Shown here piece after piece: positions 59,352 through 64,000 of a stretch of DNA of 64,000 nt. Numbering within the stretch: position 1 is the stretch's first letter; each line of letters opens with the position of its first letter. The position numbers were made by a program, and so were the translations under genes. Origin of the DNA: Candidatus Obscuribacteraceae bacterium. Its GTDB lineage: Bacteria; Cyanobacteriota; Vampirovibrionia; Obscuribacterales; Obscuribacteraceae. The notes below the pieces were generated by a model. The model saw nothing but the letters and a program-made list of their open reading frames with translations, did no database searches and was not told the DNA's origin. The stretch covers positions 1 through 64,000 of the forward strand of contig JBGASG010000005.1 of NCBI GenBank assembly GCA_044229845.1, read 5' to 3'.

Positions 59352-60050
59352 TTAGCTTCTGCGCAGACGAAACGGTTTCAGTGATTCCCAAAAATTCTTG
59401 TCGATCTTCAATGTTCTGCTGATCGTATCTAAGCGCTGCCGCACAAGCGACAGGGGATGCTGCGGATACATGTCATCGAATTGTCGATCGTCTGAGGGCA
59501 GCTCGTGCAGTTTGGACTCGCGCATGCGCTGGAACATTTCTTCCATGCTGGAGACTTGGACCGGCTCTGCATTCGGCTCGGCTTGCGGCCATGGGCATCG
59601 CTGCAGCACGGTGGGATCGGGAAACTTTTCCGGATCGAGTGCCATCACAGTGGCTTCGCGGATGCCGGTTGTCCCTCGCTCGAGCGCTTCGACGTTGAGC
59701 TGGTACGTCATGTTGGTGAACGGAACCCACAAAATTCCCACAAACATCATTGCCAGGCTCTGTGGTTCAGGGGAGCGATATTTGAAGATGCCCCGCAAAA
59801 CTTCTATCTTCTCGACTTCGAACACGTCCATTGAGAGCATGACACCACCGGCGGAGGCACATTGATCCCCGTAAAATCGGCGGGCGCCTTCGACGTCGGT
59901 GAGGTCGAAAGGCCACTCGACTGTATCGCTGAATCTCAAGAGGTGCGCCATGCCGTACTCGTCATTCATCCACAGCTTTCCTTCCGGTGCTGATTGGACG
60001 AGTTCGCCGCAGTTAGTCATGTCAAATCTTATTGAGTCGATGTTCGGCAT
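59352..60050 (-). CDS. Hypothetical protein
   Basis: E.GTTGIREA and SDD..FD..YPQHPLS motifs; ATG 60050 chosen. Confidence 0.7.
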   Translation of the reverse strand: MPNIDSIRFDMTNCGELVQSAPEGKLWMNDEYGMAHLLRFSDTVEWPFDLTDVEGARRFYGDQCASAGGVMLSMDVFEVEKIEVLRGIFKYRSPEPQSLAMMFVGILWVPFTNMTYQLNVEALERGTTGIREATVMALDPEKFPDPTVLQRCPWPQAEPNAEPVQVSSMEEMFQRMRESKLHELPSDDRQFDDMYPQHPLSLVRQRLDTISRTLKIDKNFWESLKPFRLRRS

Positions 60051-60075
60051 GGGCTCATTATTCCCGCCCGAACAG

Positions 60076-60161
60076 CATTTCACGAATCCGCCACGAACGT
60101 GACACGAACAGTCCACGAACGTGCCACACTCAAGCCACGAACCTGACACAACTTATCCACG
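60076..60161. promoter_or_regulatory. Array of 8 direct repeats at exact 11-bp spacing (core CACGAA/CACA)
   Basis: CAC cores at 60081, 60092, 60103, 60114, 60125, 60136, 60147 and 60158; last unit TTATCCACG. Confidence 0.65.
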
Positions 60162-60236
60162 GTCTTCGCCTATGATGCAAATACATCGAAGGCGATGAAC
60201 CATTTGGGCGGCGAGCCAATTGGCGTTGGCGGGGTC

Positions 60237-60349
60237 AGCTCTTGTTAGGCATTATATGCGGGAAGCGGGCAGATCACCCGGGTCCCGCATCGCCGATTGG
60301 TCCGCATAAATCCAGTCGCTTATCGGCGACAAACTGCCTAAAAAGAGCT
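60237..60349 (+). ncRNA. Candidate structured RNA / 5' leader (three-way junction)
   Basis: Outer stem 14/15 bp (60237-60251 with 60335-60349) enclosing stems ATGCGGGA/TCCCGCAT and CGCCGAT/ATCGGCG; strand and function unproven. Confidence 0.45.
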
Positions 60350-60397
60350 ATATAAGGGAAAAACAGAATTAGATACTGATCTCCTGGAAGCCAGCTG

Positions 60398-63391
60398 ATG
60401 GTTGAAGGTTCTGATACCAACAATCCGGTCGCCGACCAGCCTCTGGTCGTCGATCAAAAAGCCGTTGTTGCGGCGCTCTCGGTCTCAAGCGATCTGGCGG
60501 ACAGGTTTAACACAGAGCTGCTCAAAACGCTAAAACTCTCGTCTGCGCCGGAGCTGCCGGATGTGTTTTTCGTCGGCAACGGCACCGACAAAACCGGCAC
60601 CACCGCCGGTACGCAGCCGCCCGAAACGCACAAGGACGTTGCGGTTCCCGCAACGCGCGCGGGCAACGACAGCCCGGCGGACGTCAGCCCCGGAGTCAAA
60701 GTCGACGACAAGGGTCGCGTGCAAGCGGTCGATTATCCCAACGGCACGCGGCGCGAGTTTGGATACGACGAAAAGACTGGTGCGCTTAACCGCATCGTGC
60801 AGCCGGATGGTCAGGTCTACAAGCTCAACGCCGACGGCAAATGGGAAATCGAACAGAAAGCAGCTGGATTTGCGGCAGCCGGTGCCGGTGCCGGTGGTGG
60901 TGCTGGAACGCTCGACTTCGTCGGACCGCCGATGCCGGGTCAACCATATCCGAACTATGATCAGTTCCGCGGGGCACCGGCGCCACTCGATTTCACGAAT
61001 CCGAAAATTTCGCCCAACGGTGTATTTAGCTGGGAGAGCCTGGACGGCAAGGCGGAAACCTCGGTGTTACTCCTCGGTTCCACTGTTTTGCGCAAAGATG
61101 GTGCCACCGTTCTGTCGGACGACCGCGGCAGAGTTTCTCTCATCCAGTACGCAAGTGGAGATCAAATTGCCTTCAGCCACAACGTTGACGGACAGATAGA
61201 TTACTTCAGTCGGGGCGGCAAAGTTTACCGGGTGCGCGACAGCGAAATTTTCGGCACCGACGGACAGGCAACCGGTGACAAGTTTCCGTTTGCAAATCCG
61301 GATGGTACGTTCAGTGTCACCGATGCGCACGGCAACATGCGCGTCACCAAACTCGATGGCACCAGCAGTACCTCGATGTCGGACGGCGGCATGGTCGAGC
61401 GCGACGCCAAAGACCGCATCACGCAAGTGCTGTCTGCCGACGGCAAGGTGCGCAAGTTTGGATACGACGATCAAGGGCGTCTGAACAGCATCACCGACCA
61501 GGACGGCAAGGAGTACAAATTCGATGCCTTTATCGATTTGTTTGGTGCGCGCTTTGGCAGTTTTGAAGCAGCCGACGGCACCAAGCTGCAGGACCCGCGG
61601 CTGAAGCCGGACGGTACTTTCGTTTATGAAACGAAGGACGGCAAAATCCACACCGACTTCACCAGCGGCAGATCGACAGAAACGACAATGACCGTCGATC
61701 AACTGCGCTCGACTGCGGCGCAACTCGAGACATTTAATTGGGTTTTCACGAGCAATTCCGGAATTAAAGAACGCCTGGATAAGATGACCGTCGCCGATCG
61801 CGTGGCGCTGGATGAAACATACAAGAGCGTCTACGGTGTTTCGCTTACGGATAAACTGCAGGGGCAGCTCTGGAACCCTCTCAAACGCGAAGCCTCTACG
61901 GCGGCGCTCGACGACCTGGCTGAGGCGCACCTGCGAACAAAGTTTGCCCATGACTTTTCGGGCACGCAGCGTCTCACCGAAGCGAACCAGGCACTCACCG
62001 ATTTCAGAGACCGCGCGAAGAAACAAGGACTGACGCCTGAACAAGTAATCGCCGCGCAGCAAGAAGCTGTCAAGGAAATGGATCTTGGTGCCACCGAGGG
62101 GCAGAGGCAGCGCGGGCTTGAGAGAGCGCTCACCAATGCCGCTCCGACTTCCGACAGCTTGAATGAGCGCTACAAGGTCAAGTACGACGAAGAAACGCGA
62201 GCGGACGGCACCACGGTGCGCCATTACTATGTCGATGGCGAAAAGGGTGAGAAAGCCAAAATCCTTGATACCACCAGTGATGACCCCAAGGAAATCGAGC
62301 GCCAGTTAATAGAATGGCAGACCAACAAGATGAAGGAGCTGGAGAGCAAGTTCAACGTGCAGTTCAGCCATGATGGTGAACGTGAATCCGCGAGCGGCAA
62401 GACCGTCGACCTGCGCGCGCCCAACATTGCTGAACTGGTGGCACTGGAGGGCGGCTTGCAGCAATCGCAGCCCAGCACGCGTACATCTAACGGCAGACCG
62501 ATCATGGTGCAGTTTGCATTGCAACCTGTGACCACGGCCGACGCGTGGGTGATGCCGCGTCCGGACGGGCAGGATCGCATTTTGTTCGAGCCGGTCGACC
62601 GCATGGGCGCCTGGGGTCTGAAGCGCACCATCCTTCACGAGTGGGGACATAACGCGCAAAATCTCATGGAGAAAGCTGATCCCGCCGCGCTCGAAAAGCA
62701 CTATCAGGAAATCGGTTATCGCAAAGTCGATGGACACTGGTATCTGGAAGGCAAGGACGGCAACTTGTATATCCAGGGACCGGGGCGTGTACCGTCCGGC
62801 ATCTGGACACGCGTCAATGAAAAAGGCGAGCCGCTGCGACCGGACGGTTCACCGGCGCGCGGCTTCGACGATCCGCGGGCGGCCAGCTTCACCAATGAAG
62901 AGATGCGCGAACAGTCAAAGGTGAAGCCGATGACCAGCTACTTCCCGCAGCCCAACGAACGGTCTGCGGATGCCGTCTGGCACTTCCGCGGCGACAAAGA
63001 CTCGCGTTCGAGCCTCTATCTAAATGATCTCGTTCTGTACAACTCGACGAAAGCGTTCGATCAAAAGACCATCGACACCGATCCGCGTTACGGTACAAAT
63101 CCCGACGGCACATCCAGATATATAAGAATGCCGGATGGGGCGATCGAGCCCAACACTGAAGCTAATCGCAAAACAGTCGATGACTTTGAGAAGCAAATCG
63201 CCACTCAGCGCGCCATGATCGAAAAGCTCAAGCAGGCCGAGGTGGACGGCTCTCGCGACCGCGCGATGCTGGAGTTGAAGCGTGAACTGGAAAATCAGCT
63301 GCGTAACAGAGTGCCGGAGGCCGCCGGCACGACAGAGCCCAGCACGGGAACGGAAAGCCGTTCAGGAATAAAGCCCCGCAAGTCGAAGTAG
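60398..63391 (+). CDS. YD/RHS-like repeat protein with annexin-like helix and C-terminal HExxH zinc metalloprotease domain
   Basis: FGYDEKTG and FGYDDQGRL YD-type repeats; DETYKSVYGVSLTDKL; TILHEWGHN and downstream NERSADA; no Sec signal. Confidence 0.75.
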   Translation: MVEGSDTNNPVADQPLVVDQKAVVAALSVSSDLADRFNTELLKTLKLSSAPELPDVFFVGNGTDKTGTTAGTQPPETHKDVAVPATRAGNDSPADVSPGVKVDDKGRVQAVDYPNGTRREFGYDEKTGALNRIVQPDGQVYKLNADGKWEIEQKAAGFAAAGAGAGGGAGTLDFVGPPMPGQPYPNYDQFRGAPAPLDFTNPKISPNGVFSWESLDGKAETSVLLLGSTVLRKDGATVLSDDRGRVSLIQYASGDQIAFSHNVDGQIDYFSRGGKVYRVRDSEIFGTDGQATGDKFPFANPDGTFSVTDAHGNMRVTKLDGTSSTSMSDGGMVERDAKDRITQVLSADGKVRKFGYDDQGRLNSITDQDGKEYKFDAFIDLFGARFGSFEAADGTKLQDPRLKPDGTFVYETKDGKIHTDFTSGRSTETTMTVDQLRSTAAQLETFNWVFTSNSGIKERLDKMTVADRVALDETYKSVYGVSLTDKLQGQLWNPLKREASTAALDDLAEAHLRTKFAHDFSGTQRLTEANQALTDFRDRAKKQGLTPEQVIAAQQEAVKEMDLGATEGQRQRGLERALTNAAPTSDSLNERYKVKYDEETRADGTTVRHYYVDGEKGEKAKILDTTSDDPKEIERQLIEWQTNKMKELESKFNVQFSHDGERESASGKTVDLRAPNIAELVALEGGLQQSQPSTRTSNGRPIMVQFALQPVTTADAWVMPRPDGQDRILFEPVDRMGAWGLKRTILHEWGHNAQNLMEKADPAALEKHYQEIGYRKVDGHWYLEGKDGNLYIQGPGRVPSGIWTRVNEKGEPLRPDGSPARGFDDPRAASFTNEEMREQSKVKPMTSYFPQPNERSADAVWHFRGDKDSRSSLYLNDLVLYNSTKAFDQKTIDTDPRYGTNPDGTSRYIRMPDGAIEPNTEANRKTVDDFEKQIATQRAMIEKLKQAEVDGSRDRAMLELKRELENQLRNRVPEAAGTTEPSTGTESRSGIKPRKSK

Positions 63392-63394
63392 GGC

Positions 63395-63426
63395 ACCGCA
63401 TTGGCCGGCTGGCCCGCCGGTGCGGT
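63395..63426 (+). terminator. GC-rich hairpin after the 997-aa gene (possible terminator)
   Basis: ACCGCA..CCGGC-loop-GCCGG-TGCGGT; weak U-tract. Confidence 0.4.
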
Positions 63427-63560
63427 ATTGCGCACTGCAATCGGGGGATCGGACCATAGTCGTGTGGTGGGGTGTTTTGCTACGCTCTGCCTATCCCCTG
63501 TCTGTCTGAATACATAGATTTTGCGTTGCCCCGAATGCAGCTTCGCAGGAGGTACTGATC

Positions 63561-64000
63561 ATGGCTGATGTCTTGAAAGTCGATGGCGCGGAAGCCGGCC
63601 ACCAGCAGTGGCAAGGCATTGCCGCCGATTTATGGAGAAACGGCGACAGCCGGAGCGCGGAGAGAAATCCGCCACCGGCCGCCACTGGTGACACCAAGGT
63701 GGAGTATGACTCCAATGGAAAAATCTCCACTGTCGAAATGCAGAACGGTTGGAAATTTACGCGCGGTGCGGATGGAAATTATGAAGGAGTCGGACCCAAT
63801 GGTGAGCGCGTCTCTTGGATCAAAGAAATGCAGGTCGGCAAAGATGGAGCCGTCACTTACCAGAGCAGCAACGACTTCGGCGGAAGAGACCATGTGTTTC
63901 TGCGAACCGATGGGCAGGCTCTCACAGCCTCCTATGACGGAGCAGGCGAATTGATGTCTGTGCAATTGCCGGGTGAGCGGGAGATGCGCATCGCGCGTGA
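63561..64000 (+). CDS. YD-repeat-like protein, 5' part (runs off the window)
   Basis: RBS AGGAGG, MADVLKVDGAEAGHQQW...KVEYDSNGKISTV...ASYDGAGELMSV; open to 64000. Confidence 0.75.
   Translation, partial: MADVLKVDGAEAGHQQWQGIAADLWRNGDSRSAERNPPPAATGDTKVEYDSNGKISTVEMQNGWKFTRGADGNYEGVGPNGERVSWIKEMQVGKDGAVTYQSSNDFGGRDHVFLRTDGQALTASYDGAGELMSVQLPGEREMRIAR

Noticed and set aside
60076..60161. Chromosomal oriC
   Set aside because: Only one near-consensus DnaA box, no clear AT-rich unwinding element and no dnaA/dnaN nearby; kept only as a phased array.
61067..62224. 385-aa minus-strand ORF and similar long overlapping ORFs (e.g. 9363-10157, 1329-1886)
   Set aside because: Antisense shadows of well-supported genes in GC-rich DNA.

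Overview
Bacterial chromosomal window. The protein families suggest a non-photosynthetic cyanobacterial relative (Melainabacteria/Obscuribacterales-like); this is inference only, as there is no marker gene. (1) 1-4.9 kb: a minus-strand operon of APC amino-acid transporter, kinase-less PknG-like protein, GlnX-like sensor and NCS1/CodB-like permease, the last truncated by an IS256-family end. (2) 5-13.8 kb: DUF2252, membrane and secreted hypotheticals. (3) About 13.9-25.7 kb: an accessory block with a HEPN/DUF5677-like SEC-C protein, TPR proteins, a trypsin-like protease, a KAP NTPase and nested IS3/IS481 debris. (4) 25.8-37 kb: small and secreted proteins, an 11-aa tandem-repeat peptide, a giant CPBP protease and paaN. 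(5) About 37-59.1 kb: an accessory island ending at tRNA-Arg(UCG). It holds an RND efflux operon, a RIT element (three tyrosine recombinases) inserted in radC, an arsR-arsI-arsC-orf-acr3-arsD-arsA cluster followed by a second, inverted RIT-like end, and an OLD-family nuclease split by an IS3 with a 3-bp target duplication. (6) 60-64 kb: an 11-bp-periodic site array, a strongly structured leader and two YD-repeat genes, one with annexin-like and HExxH protease regions. No CRISPR array or rRNA was seen. Family calls come from motif recognition by eye; no database searches were run.
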